A stretch of 32,000 nucleotides of DNA from Verrucomicrobiota bacterium (GCA_021294815.2 CP095464.1:1-32000); one strand, 5' to 3'. Counted from the first letter of the stretch, positions 20,070-29,256 are shown. The notes: generated from the letters alone by a model not told the origin. Made by a program: numbers and translations.

Positions 20070-21191
20070 TTAAAGAGAATTCCCAAAGCTTAAAGCTGTT
20101 TCCGTGAGAAATTGCTCGAAACGCTCAGGAGAAATTTCACCATCGCACTCCTTGCGAAGCTCCAAAAACTGTTGGACGGCCACCAATAATTGCCGATACT
20201 CTTCGTAAGTTACCAACTCTCCTTCCTCGCCGAGGAGATGAGAACATAACACAATGTTGCACCCCGCCCGTAAGACACGCACGGCTCGTTCCCAAAGGGG
20301 TCCCGTAAGCGCATTCATGGCGATGCAGTCGCTGATAATTGGCATTTCGCCAAAACCGATACCAGAACGGATAAAATCGATAATCTTTTGGGAAAAGGTT
20401 GCGGGATTTTCGAGATCGATACAGGGATAGAGCACATGCGAAACCATGCACCAACAAGGGAAAAGCTTTTCCTGCTTTACGGCAGTCGCAACTTTACGAA
20501 AGACGTCGAAATCCTGTTGGTTGAGCTCATTGAACGAATCTTTGGCTTGTGGCAAAGATGTATGACTATCTGAAGTTGCACATCCATGCCCTGGACAATG
20601 CTTACATATCGGGATAATCCCATCGCGGTGCATCGTACGAATGACATTTAAACAGCACTCAACTACCGTATTCTTGTCACCTCCAAATGTTCTATCCTTT
20701 AGGAAATTATGTGTATAGGGGTGCAATAGGTCGCAGCACGGCGCGCAGTTGACGTTGATACCAACACGTGACAAATCTTGATCAATGCGATGAGTATTAT
20801 CGCGCAACAACTTCATGATCTTCGGACGCGACTCTGGCGACGCTTCAATTTTTTGGACATAACTTATGGGCGAAAGCGCATCAAAAAACTTCTTTCCTTT
20901 CAACCGTTGTACACGTCCGCCTTCTTGGTCAACAAGCACGTAAGCATTAGGAATGATGGAACGAATCTCTTGGACAAGTGCTGCCAATTTTGCGAGGTCC
21001 TGCTCTCCTCCTTCATCACGTGCGATATTGCGATCAAACAAAATAACTCCTTGAATGGGATATTCCTCGACCAATTGCGCAAAAGCCTGAGGGAGTTGAT
21101 CTCCATAGAAACCCAATACCACCGGCAAACTCGCGATCAACGATAAAGCCATACGACAGACGAGCGCCGCGACACAAAGTACCCTTTTCAT
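20070..21191 (-). CDS. nagZ: Glycoside hydrolase family 3 beta-N-acetylhexosaminidase (NagZ-like) with a hydrophobic N-terminus
   Basis: GH3 N-terminal domain motifs VDQEGGRVQRL and KHCPGHG are present. The N-terminus MKRVLCVAALVCRMALSLIASLPVV is a signal or anchor-like segment. ATG 21191 is preferred over TTG 21227. Confidence 0.85.
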   Translation of the reverse strand: MKRVLCVAALVCRMALSLIASLPVVLGFYGDQLPQAFAQLVEEYPIQGVILFDRNIARDEGGEQDLAKLAALVQEIRSIIPNAYVLVDQEGGRVQRLKGKKFFDALSPISYVQKIEASPESRPKIMKLLRDNTHRIDQDLSRVGINVNCAPCCDLLHPYTHNFLKDRTFGGDKNTVVECCLNVIRTMHRDGIIPICKHCPGHGCATSDSHTSLPQAKDSFNELNQQDFDVFRKVATAVKQEKLFPCWCMVSHVLYPCIDLENPATFSQKIIDFIRSGIGFGEMPIISDCIAMNALTGPLWERAVRVLRAGCNIVLCSHLLGEEGELVTYEEYRQLLVAVQQFLELRKECDGEISPERFEQFLTETALSFGNSL

Positions 21192-21243
21192 ACAGAATCC
21201 AAACCAAGCCCGATCCAAATGCCCCAACTCCCGATAGCCAAAA

Positions 21244-21320
<77 letters not shown>

Positions 21321-21435
21321 ACAAACGTCCCTCACTGTCGGGGCCATAAACATAAAGTCAAGCATATTCTACCAAAAACTTTATTCCAATGAAAAACTTG
21401 ATTCCCAGCAAGGGAGGTCTATTTTGCATAGAATA

Positions 21436-21777
21436 ATGAGCAGTGTTCCCCAATCATCAATAGGTACAACTTTTGATCGCGAGATGTTATGGGAACAACT
21501 CAAGACGATCGAAGATCCTGATGTACACGTCAATATCGTCGATTTAGGACTTATTTACCAGGTCGATGGCGACATTGAAAACAAAACAATTACAGTTGTG
21601 ATGACATTAACATCGCCCTCGTGTCCAATGGGCGATTTCTTGCTGCGTTCCGTCGAGGATCTCGTTTTAACTTTATATCCTGAGTACGAGGCGCAGGTAC
21701 AGTTAGTTTGGGATCCCCCTTGGAATATGGATATGATCTCAGAAATTGGGAAACTGGAACTTGGCATTTTTGTCTAA
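21436..21777 (+). CDS. DUF59 / SufT-like iron-sulfur cluster assembly protein
   Basis: IEDPDVHVNIVDLGLIY and LTSPSCPM are typical of the DUF59 (MIP18/PaaD-like) family. ATG 21436 is preferred. The ORF-track start at 21247 lies antisense inside the tRNA. Confidence 0.85.
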   Translation: MSSVPQSSIGTTFDREMLWEQLKTIEDPDVHVNIVDLGLIYQVDGDIENKTITVVMTLTSPSCPMGDFLLRSVEDLVLTLYPEYEAQVQLVWDPPWNMDMISEIGKLELGIFV

Positions 21778-21789
21778 TGTGAATTATCC

Positions 21790-22863
21790 GTGAAGCTGCT
21801 TGACCAGTATTGTTTTTGTGGTGTCGCAAAGCGCTTTTGTGGATTTTTATTACTGCTGACAGTGCTATTGTTTTTAGAAGACCTCTACAAGCACCTTGAG
21901 CAATTTCTTGCAGCACATGTAACGCTCATCTCTGTCTGTCGTTATTATTTGGCACACAGCGTCGTACTTTTGCCACTAACCGTCCCTGTTGCATTCTTGC
22001 TCGCATTTTTATTTTTTTACGGAGGAATGTTACGGCGTCAGGAGCTCATTGTGTGCTATGCTTCGGGGATTTCGTGGCATCGTATTTTTCGCCCAATGGG
22101 GAATCTTGCGTTGTTTTTATCCCTATCTCTCCTTGCTAGTAATTTATGGCTTATTCCCCAGGCACAATCGGACACACAGGCGTACATCGCTCATATCCAT
22201 CACGGTCCATCAGCACGGTTACAGCACCTTTTTTTTCAAAATAACGAGCAGCTTGTTTATTTGCAATCCTACGATCCTGTAAACCAACGGGCGGAAAATA
22301 TCGTCCTGAATTGTTACGATGTTTGTGGCAATACGCAGTGGCGCATTCAGGCAGATTTTGCGATTTTCGATGCAGAATCTCAATGCTGGCATTTTTATCG
22401 CGGGAAGATTACCCACTTTGACGAACATCAATTAGCATCCAAAGTTCAAGTTTTCGAAGAGTACGGTGGTTCCGATTGTTCCGTGCCTCCTGCAATCATT
22501 CTTGCGCATAATGAGGCGCCGCAAAACCTGACTCTATTTCAACTCAAGCAATTAATAGACGATCTTCATATTACTAACAAGGCCATTTATCAGATGCGTT
22601 GCTGTGATTTGGCATGGAATGCACTACTCCCATTGATTCTCTTATGGTCGGGGTTGCCGTTTTTGCGTTTAATTCAACGGCGCAATTTTAGAATCCGAGT
22701 CCTCCAGTTTTTACTTTACCTAATAATTCTCGCGGGAGGATCTCATTTGTGCACACTCATTGCGCTTCATCAAGCATATCCGTGGACTATTGGACTTTTT
22801 CTACCCTGCGGTTTGACACTTTTGGTACCGCTTTTCCTCTTTCCTTTACTGCACAACCGCTAG
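21790..22863 (+). CDS. LptF/LptG-family (YjgP/YjgQ) LPS export permease
   Basis: The N-terminus MKLLDQYCF... is followed by hydrophobic helices. There is a central soluble beta-jellyroll-sized region and three C-terminal TM segments. Size and topology fit LptF/G. GTG start. Confidence 0.8.
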   Translation: MKLLDQYCFCGVAKRFCGFLLLLTVLLFLEDLYKHLEQFLAAHVTLISVCRYYLAHSVVLLPLTVPVAFLLAFLFFYGGMLRRQELIVCYASGISWHRIFRPMGNLALFLSLSLLASNLWLIPQAQSDTQAYIAHIHHGPSARLQHLFFQNNEQLVYLQSYDPVNQRAENIVLNCYDVCGNTQWRIQADFAIFDAESQCWHFYRGKITHFDEHQLASKVQVFEEYGGSDCSVPPAIILAHNEAPQNLTLFQLKQLIDDLHITNKAIYQMRCCDLAWNALLPLILLWSGLPFLRLIQRRNFRIRVLQFLLYLIILAGGSHLCTLIALHQAYPWTIGLFLPCGLTLLVPLFLFPLLHNR

Positions 22864-23768
22864 GCATGGGGATGTGATTGGTCGTAGACCTGTTTCATGA
22901 ATGCCGAGTTGACGTGGGTATAAATCTGGGTCGTCGAGAGGTGTGTATGTCCCAAAAGTTCTTGAATTAAGCGCAGATTTGCACCGTTATTGAGAAGATG
23001 TGTGGCATAAGTGTGACGTAGTTTGTGGGGCGTAATGTCCATGGGAAGCCCGGCCTTTAGAAGATAAACTTTGAGGCGATACTGGACTTGTCGTGGTGTT
23101 AGTGGATGTCCTTGTTCGTTACAGATAATGATATCGTCATTTTGGACCGATTTTTTGAGGTTTTTTTTGAAATTTCGAATTGCCTCAATGGAATAGCCGC
23201 CAATCGGACAAATGCGCTCCTTATTCCCCTTCCCCATAACGCGCGCTGTTTTTCTGGTGTCATCGATATCTCGGTAACTTAGACCTAGTAACTCACTCAA
23301 GCGCATGCCGCTATTGTACAGTAATTCGAGAATAAGTGTATCACGTAGGTACAAAAACGGACCAATCTCGCCGTTAAGAAACATCTGCTTGGGTGCTTCG
23401 AGAAGTTGTACGACATTTTGCGGCGTCAACACCTTCGGCAGCATTTTTTCATTACGCGGCCCTCTGATTACTCCAAAGGGATTTTGCTCGATTTGATGCG
23501 TGTTTTTAAGAAACTTAAAAAAGGTTTTAAGGCCCGAAAGTCGATTATTAACCGTTGCGTGTTTATGATCACGCAGAAGTTCGATTAGATATTGCCGAAT
23601 TGTCGATTCATCGATCTCACTCCAGAATTTTTTGTCCGTGTAACGCTTTAGATAGTCAATAAATTGTTCGATAGAAATAATATAATTTTCAAGTGTGTGT
23701 CGGGATAATTGGCGCTCTACCTCAAGCACTTTAATAAAATCGGCATAGGGAAAGTGGAGCGGTTGCAT
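22860..23768 (-). CDS. Tyrosine site-specific recombinase, XerC/XerD family
   Basis: The C-terminal catalytic region is HKLRHTYATHLLNNGANLRLIQELLGHTHLSTTQIYTHV. The N-terminal SAM-like core-binding domain contains LSRHTLENY. ATG 23768 is preferred over 23819. Confidence 0.9.
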   Translation of the reverse strand: MQPLHFPYADFIKVLEVERQLSRHTLENYIISIEQFIDYLKRYTDKKFWSEIDESTIRQYLIELLRDHKHATVNNRLSGLKTFFKFLKNTHQIEQNPFGVIRGPRNEKMLPKVLTPQNVVQLLEAPKQMFLNGEIGPFLYLRDTLILELLYNSGMRLSELLGLSYRDIDDTRKTARVMGKGNKERICPIGGYSIEAIRNFKKNLKKSVQNDDIIICNEQGHPLTPRQVQYRLKVYLLKAGLPMDITPHKLRHTYATHLLNNGANLRLIQELLGHTHLSTTQIYTHVNSAFMKQVYDQSHPHA

Positions 23769-23817
23769 CGTGATTTCACACTTGACGGAGTGATGACTTT
23801 TGGGATTTTCCAAAAAC

Positions 23818-24048
23818 ATGGCAAGTAAGGAAAATCGAGTCGCTGAAAATGTACCGGGTCGCTATTATGTCGACGATCAGTGTATCGGCTGTGATATGTG
23901 CCGTACGCTCGCGCCCGATTTTTTTGAAATGACCGACCGTGGCAACTCCTACATTAAGCAGCAACCTCGGTCCCCTTCTGAAATTGATCTCTGCGAAGAA
24001 GCGTTAGAGAGCTGTCCCGTCCAGGCTATTGGCAACGACGGCGATTAA
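23818..24048 (+). CDS. Small single-cluster ferredoxin
   Basis: The 76-aa product carries YYVDDQCIGCDMC plus a distal CP (ALESCPVQAI), giving four Cys for one [4Fe-4S] cluster. Confidence 0.8.
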   Translation: MASKENRVAENVPGRYYVDDQCIGCDMCRTLAPDFFEMTDRGNSYIKQQPRSPSEIDLCEEALESCPVQAIGNDGD

Positions 24049-24683
24049 TGCGGCGTTTTCGGTGATAGCGCTCTGCCTCCCGAAAGCTCGATAACATGCT
24101 TTAGGTCGGCGCTGCATGATTTCTCAGTAATGAGCTGTCCTCCGTCTTCTGCGAGATCTGTATACCAGCGAACATTACCGTCGAGAAAGGCAATAAACCC
24201 GCCTCGCGAACCGTAGGGTGCGTTTTCTCCCCATCGACTTCCTTCAATTCCGCGAGTGTAAGCGATGGGTGTCGTAGCCGGATTGACGTTTTTGACGATA
24301 TTGCCAACCAATACGATGCTGAGCTCCTTGTTACTTTCCCAGGCATGACCGTTACGAACGGGGAAAATCGTTTCGCGTAATACCTTAGGGGCCCGTGCAT
24401 CACCCGGATAAATGAAGAGGTTGGCGTTGTTTAAAAATCCTTCTGCCGCAAATTTTTCCGCAAGCTCCACGCTTGAAGTTGCATCCGGAATCGATCCCAC
24501 CTCGTTATAATATGTGCTGTAAGCGCGCGCGATTTGCTGCATATGGGCCCGCGCTTGTTGTTTGCGAGCGCTTAGAAGTGCACGTTGTGACGCCGGTAAC
24601 ACAAAGCTCATCAGAATCGCAATCACACTGATGACGACGATCAGCTCGATCAGCGTAAATCCTCGTTTCAAATACCGCATCAT
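24045..24683 (-). CDS. Prepilin-type N-terminal cleavage/methylation domain protein, paralog 1 (DUF1559-like tail)
   Basis: The leader is MMRYLKRG|FTLIELIVVISVIAILMSFVL, with G-1, F+1 and E+5. Family motifs are TTPIAYTRG and RGGFIAFLDGNVRWY. Confidence 0.85.
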   Translation of the reverse strand: MMRYLKRGFTLIELIVVISVIAILMSFVLPASQRALLSARKQQARAHMQQIARAYSTYYNEVGSIPDATSSVELAEKFAAEGFLNNANLFIYPGDARAPKVLRETIFPVRNGHAWESNKELSIVLVGNIVKNVNPATTPIAYTRGIEGSRWGENAPYGSRGGFIAFLDGNVRWYTDLAEDGGQLITEKSCSADLKHVIELSGGRALSPKTPH

Positions 24684-25339
24684 AGCGCAATGACACCCTG
24701 TCCACCGATAATTTTAGCACCTACGGGAATTGCCTCATAGAGATTACCTGTTGTTCCGCTACGGTTATTTTTCAATAGCCGATTTTGTAGGTCAGGATAC
24801 CACTTAACATGGCCATCGAGAAAGGCAACAAATCCGCCTTTTCCTGCAAACACATCGGTTTCTTTATCCCATAGACCGTTACTGTCGAGCCCGCGGGTGT
24901 AAGCGATCGGCGTCGTTTCCAGACAGGATTCATCGAGGCCCACAACGAGATTTACACTAAAACTCTGAGGCTGATGCGCATCTTCCCAACACTGACTCTC
25001 CGTTTTGCCGTTTCCTGTGACGATCGTATCTTTTTTTGTACGATTTACCGATTGCGCTAAAACGTCAAAAACATAGGCGTTGGGGTCGTTTAAAAGCCCG
25101 GCACGAGCCATCAATAATGCGAACTCCTCAACATCATTAACGATAAAATCTCCGTGCTCATTGCGGTACATGAGGTAAGCATGGGCGATTTTTTGTAAGC
25201 AATTTTGTGCATTAGCTCGGCGCGAACGTCCCATAACATCGCTCACAGAAGGCAGTACAAAGGTCATGAGGACGCCAATGATTGAAATAACGACGACAAG
25301 CTCAACGAGCGTGAATGCCTTTAGACGGCGACGGTCCAT
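24680..25339 (-). CDS. Prepilin-type N-terminal domain protein, paralog 2
   Basis: The leader is MDRRRLKA|FTLVELVVVISIIGVLMTFVL, with Ala instead of Gly at -1. Motifs are TTPIAYTRG and KGGFVAFLDGHVKWY. A 4-nt ATGA overlap joins it to paralog 1. Confidence 0.85.
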   Translation of the reverse strand: MDRRRLKAFTLVELVVVISIIGVLMTFVLPSVSDVMGRSRRANAQNCLQKIAHAYLMYRNEHGDFIVNDVEEFALLMARAGLLNDPNAYVFDVLAQSVNRTKKDTIVTGNGKTESQCWEDAHQPQSFSVNLVVGLDESCLETTPIAYTRGLDSNGLWDKETDVFAGKGGFVAFLDGHVKWYPDLQNRLLKNNRSGTTGNLYEAIPVGAKIIGGQGVIAL

Positions 25340-25365
25340 CTTTTTCTAAAAATATTTTCAATTGA

Positions 25366-26205
25366 TTATGCGGCTTCGAGCGCGTCCTCTCCGTGATCCT
25401 CAAAGTCAGGCTTTGCCTCATGGTCCCCTTCGGATTCATCGACATCGGTAGCTTCTTTAGTACGATCACCGGTTCCTTGTGCAACAATACCGGAAGCTGA
25501 CAAGATAACACAAGTACTCGGAAGTGTTTCGCGAATGTCATTAGTTTTCCCTCCGTTCCACTTTACCAGCAACCCCTCCTCTTCGGTACCGAGGTTATCA
25601 AACCAATCGACGTGCCCGTCTAAAAATGCAATCCAGCCACCTTTGGCTCCGTAAACGCCTTCTTTTTCGGGCCATTTACCGTCGACGGGCATACCACGGC
25701 TAAATGCAATCGGTGTTGTGGAGAAAGGCGCATTGGCGGGAACTCCGGCAACGAGGTAAACACTGAATTCAAGCTCTTGTCCGTCGATCCGCGTCCAGGC
25801 ATCTGTTGAAGTCGCCGAAGGCTCTCCCTCTTTAACGATCGTATTTTGCTCAACGACAGAAGTTTGATTATCTCCAGAGAAGCAGTACTTATTGGGATCA
25901 TTCAAGTAACCGCGACGCGCCAAGACGACGGCCCACTGGACACCATCTTGTGCGTAATCGGCCTCACCATTGCTTTGCGTAATATCGCCTGGATGAATTG
26001 TTCGCCGTCCATCGAGATCATCGTTGATGTACTTGTTGTACGCTTGCGCAATCCCTTGGAGACATTTATGCCCCTTTTGCTGATGCGCATTTTCCATCAC
26101 ACGCCGAACATACGGTACTAGTAGCCATACTAAAACTCCAACAATCGCGACCATCGCGAGCAGCTCCAGCACTGAAAACCCATCCTTCTTCCCCCGCCTT
26201 CTCAT
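25366..26205 (-). CDS. Prepilin-type N-terminal domain protein, paralog 3 (longer, with an acidic C-terminal tail)
   Basis: The leader is MRRRGKKDG|FSVLELLAMVAIVGVLVWLLV. Motifs are TTPIAFSRG and KGGWIAFLDGHVDWF. There is an extra ~37-aa D/E/H-rich tail. Confidence 0.85.
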   Translation of the reverse strand: MRRRGKKDGFSVLELLAMVAIVGVLVWLLVPYVRRVMENAHQQKGHKCLQGIAQAYNKYINDDLDGRRTIHPGDITQSNGEADYAQDGVQWAVVLARRGYLNDPNKYCFSGDNQTSVVEQNTIVKEGEPSATSTDAWTRIDGQELEFSVYLVAGVPANAPFSTTPIAFSRGMPVDGKWPEKEGVYGAKGGWIAFLDGHVDWFDNLGTEEEGLLVKWNGGKTNDIRETLPSTCVILSASGIVAQGTGDRTKEATDVDESEGDHEAKPDFEDHGEDALEAA

Positions 26206-26217
26206 AGCTCGGCGCGC

Positions 26218-26245
26218 ATTATGAGTTTCTTGATAAAAAAGTCAA
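26218..26245 (-). promoter_or_regulatory. Candidate internal promoter ahead of the pilin-like genes
   Basis: On the minus strand, TTGACT (26245-26240) is followed by a 16-nt spacer and CATAAT (26223-26218), with 12 nt to ATG 26205. It lies in the 47-nt gap after the DUF58 stop. Confidence 0.35.
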
Positions 26246-26252
26246 AATATTT

Positions 26253-27167
26253 TTAATGCATCCGGGAACGTTGACGCAAAAATCGGTCGACAGAGCCCAA
26301 ATAATCTTCATCCGTACGAATCGTTAGAACATCAATTCCCGCGCGACGTAAGTGCGTATCAATTGCTTGCTGCTCTCGGATTTGGTGCTGGGGATATGTG
26401 TTTCGAATCGGTGCAGCGTGCGTATTGAATGTAAAAACTTCGCCTGTTTCTTGGTCTTCAAGAGAAACGAGTCCAACATCAGGCAACTGTTGCTCGCGGA
26501 CATCTTGTACCCGTAAGCAAACGAGATCGTGTCGACGATTCGTGATTTCCAATGCTTGGGTCAAGTCCCGAACGTCATTGATTTTCGCCTGAATAAAATC
26601 ACTAAGCAGAAAAACAATCGCATGCCCACGTAAGATGTTGTTCAGGTAATGCATTGCATCCCCGATTTGCGTCCTTTTGCCTTGAGGTTCGAAAAAAAGT
26701 AGCTCGCGAATCAACCGCAGGACATGTTTATGCCCCTTCATCGGGGGGATAAACTTCTCAATGTGGTCTGAAAAGAGCAATAGTCCAACTTTGTCATTAT
26801 TTCGGATGGCGGAAAACGCCAACAGGCTCGCAAGTTCCGTAATCACTTCGCGCTTGCTATAGTGGGCGCTGCCAAAATCCAAAGAACCGCTGACGTCAAC
26901 AACGAGCATCATTTTCAGTTCACGATCCTCGCGAAATTTTTTGACGAATGGGCGTCCAGTTTTAGCAGTGATATTCCAATTGATGGACCGGATATCATCG
27001 CCGATTGCATACTCCCGCAGCTCTTCGAACTCAATCCCCTGCCCCTTAAAGATGCTCCGGTACGAGCCCATGAGTCGCTCATCAATCAGGCGATTTGTCC
27101 GAATCTCGAGCTGCCGCACACGCTTTAGAACTTCGCGCGTTACCTGTGACTGGAATTCGTCCTGCAT
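26253..27167 (-). CDS. DUF58 domain protein (VWA-like, MoxR partner)
   Basis: The DUF58 signature is ELREYAIGDDIRSINWNITAKTGRPFVKKFREDRE. It is followed by a VWA-like fold with an intact MIDAS-type D-x-S-x-S (LVVDVSGSLDFGS). Confidence 0.9.
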   Translation of the reverse strand: MQDEFQSQVTREVLKRVRQLEIRTNRLIDERLMGSYRSIFKGQGIEFEELREYAIGDDIRSINWNITAKTGRPFVKKFREDRELKMMLVVDVSGSLDFGSAHYSKREVITELASLLAFSAIRNNDKVGLLLFSDHIEKFIPPMKGHKHVLRLIRELLFFEPQGKRTQIGDAMHYLNNILRGHAIVFLLSDFIQAKINDVRDLTQALEITNRRHDLVCLRVQDVREQQLPDVGLVSLEDQETGEVFTFNTHAAPIRNTYPQHQIREQQAIDTHLRRAGIDVLTIRTDEDYLGSVDRFLRQRSRMH

Positions 27168-27171
27168 GTGA

Positions 27172-28161
27172 TCATGGCACCGGAACGGTATTGAGAATTT
27201 TCGTTACGATACTTTCGGATTTCACATTTTCCGCCTCCGCCTCGTAAGTCACAATAATACGATGTCGAAGAACATCCATAGCGATCGATTTTACATCTTG
27301 TGGCGTCACATAACCGCGCCCCTGAAGGAATGCCCAGGCCCGTGACGCCAGTGCTAACGCAATCGTCGCGCGAGGCGAGGCACCAAATTCGATAAAGCGA
27401 TCAATTGGTAGACCAAAATCACTCGGCTTACGTGTCGCAAAGACAATTTTAACGATGTACTCACCGATTTTCTCGTCCATGTAGAGTTGATCAAGTAATA
27501 CACGCGACTGCATAATCGTCGCCGGATCTACAATGGGATGGACCGCGATATTCGGCTGATTTTTACCCATGGCACCTAAGATCTGCTTTTCTTGTGTCAT
27601 ATCGGGATACTCCACATTGAGCTTCATCAGGAAACGATCGACCTGGGCCTCGGGAAGCGGATACGTCCCCTCTTGGTCAATTGGGTTTTCGGTCGCAAAG
27701 ACAATAAAGGGTTCTGGTAGTGGATACGTCGTATCGGCAATTGTTACCTGCCGTTCCTGCATCGCTTCTAGAAGTGCGCTCTGAACTTTCGCCGGTGAAC
27801 GGTTGATTTCATCCGCTAGGACAATATTAGCGAAAATGGGCCCCTTTTTAACCTCAAATGTTCCGGCGCGCTGGTCATAAATGAGCGTTCCGATGATATC
27901 GGCAGGGAGAAGATCCGGCGTAAATTGAATTCTTTGAAAACTTGCCTGAAGCGCCGACGCCATCGTCCGAACGGTTAGGGTTTTTGCTAGACCTGGAACA
28001 CCCTCCAGTAAAATGTGGCCATTCACCAGAAGTCCGACGATCATGCGATCAATAATATAGCGCTGTCCGACGATCACACGTCCCATCTCGTCGCGTAAAA
28101 GGGACACCCAGCTTGAAGCTTCACGAATCCGATTGTTGAGTTCCGATAAATTATCCGCCAT
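27172..28161 (-). CDS. MoxR-family AAA+ ATPase
   Basis: Matches are VIVGQRYIIDRMIVGLLVNGHILLEGVPGLAKT (Walker A), FQRIQFTPDLLPADIIGT, Walker B VLADEINRSPAKVQSALLEAMQE and a C-terminal AAA lid. It sits 4 nt upstream of the DUF58 gene. Confidence 0.95.
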   Translation of the reverse strand: MADNLSELNNRIREASSWVSLLRDEMGRVIVGQRYIIDRMIVGLLVNGHILLEGVPGLAKTLTVRTMASALQASFQRIQFTPDLLPADIIGTLIYDQRAGTFEVKKGPIFANIVLADEINRSPAKVQSALLEAMQERQVTIADTTYPLPEPFIVFATENPIDQEGTYPLPEAQVDRFLMKLNVEYPDMTQEKQILGAMGKNQPNIAVHPIVDPATIMQSRVLLDQLYMDEKIGEYIVKIVFATRKPSDFGLPIDRFIEFGASPRATIALALASRAWAFLQGRGYVTPQDVKSIAMDVLRHRIIVTYEAEAENVKSESIVTKILNTVPVP

Positions 28162-28242
28162 GATTCTGTTGCCATATGATGCAGACCCTCTGCGCAGCGT
28201 AAAGTTAAATCCGCTCTATAGGGGTGTGTTTTTGAGAAAATG

Positions 28243-29253
28243 TTATCTTTCTGCAGTAAAAAGATCAACCTCGTGGGGAAGGCCCAAAAAAGACCAACCT
28301 TTTGCAGTCAATATACGTCCTCGGAGTGTACGCTGCAAATAACCTTCTTGGATCAGGAACGGCTCATGAACTTCTTCAAGTGTTTGTGGTTCTTCACACA
28401 CGGCAACTGCCAGCGTGTGAACACCTACCGGCCCCCCCGCATAGTGATGTCCCATGATATTAAGAATTCGTTTATCGAGTTCGTCGAGACCATGGGGGTC
28501 GATATCAAGAAGCTCTAGTGCCGCACATGCTTCCTGGAGGGTTATGGTTTCTTTTTTCGATTGATGTGCAAAATCACGGACAAATCGGAGTAAATTATTC
28601 GCGATACGCGGCGTTCCTCGGGAACGTCGAGCGATCTCTTCCGTTGCCTCCGCTTCAATCGCAATTCCCAGCAATTTGGCAGAACGCCGAATGATCTTAG
28701 AAAGTTCATTGACGTCGTAATAATCCAAACGTGATTGTAGCGTGAATCGGCTTCGTAGTGGTGCACTCAATAGTCCCGTTCGCGTCGTCGCTCCGATGAG
28801 CGTAAATTTCGCAACATCGAGTCGGATACTGCGCGCGTTGGGGCCCTGATCAATCATGACGTCAATGCGAAAGTCTTCCATCGCCGAGTAAAGGTACTCC
28901 TCTACCGTTTTTGCCAGACGGTGGATTTCATCGATAAACAAGATATCGCCGTACTCCAGGCTCGTCAACAATCCCGCCAAATCTCCCGCTTTTTCAATGA
29001 CCGGACCTGAGGTAACGTGGACATTCGAGTGCATCTCTTCGGCTAAAATCATCGCCAATGTCGTCTTTCCAAGCCCCGGTGGACCGCTCAATAAAATATG
29101 GCTTAGCGGTTCGTGGCGGTGGCGCGCGGCACCAGTCATAATGCGTAATTTTTTGACAGTCCGGGCTTGCCCCGTAAAATCGCTCAATTGCTTGGGGCGC
29201 AAACCGGTATCGTTTACCTCGCTTTCCGAATATACTGCCAACGAATTGCCCAT
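28243..29253 (-). CDS. ruvB: Holliday junction branch migration ATPase RuvB
   Basis: Matches are LRPKQLSDFTGQ, Walker A GPPGLGKTTLA, Walker B FIDEIHRL, a sensor region and the winged-helix C-terminus. Confidence 0.96.
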   Translation of the reverse strand: MGNSLAVYSESEVNDTGLRPKQLSDFTGQARTVKKLRIMTGAARHRHEPLSHILLSGPPGLGKTTLAMILAEEMHSNVHVTSGPVIEKAGDLAGLLTSLEYGDILFIDEIHRLAKTVEEYLYSAMEDFRIDVMIDQGPNARSIRLDVAKFTLIGATTRTGLLSAPLRSRFTLQSRLDYYDVNELSKIIRRSAKLLGIAIEAEATEEIARRSRGTPRIANNLLRFVRDFAHQSKKETITLQEACAALELLDIDPHGLDELDKRILNIMGHHYAGGPVGVHTLAVAVCEEPQTLEEVHEPFLIQEGYLQRTLRGRILTAKGWSFLGLPHEVDLFTAER

Positions 29254-29256
29254 ACT

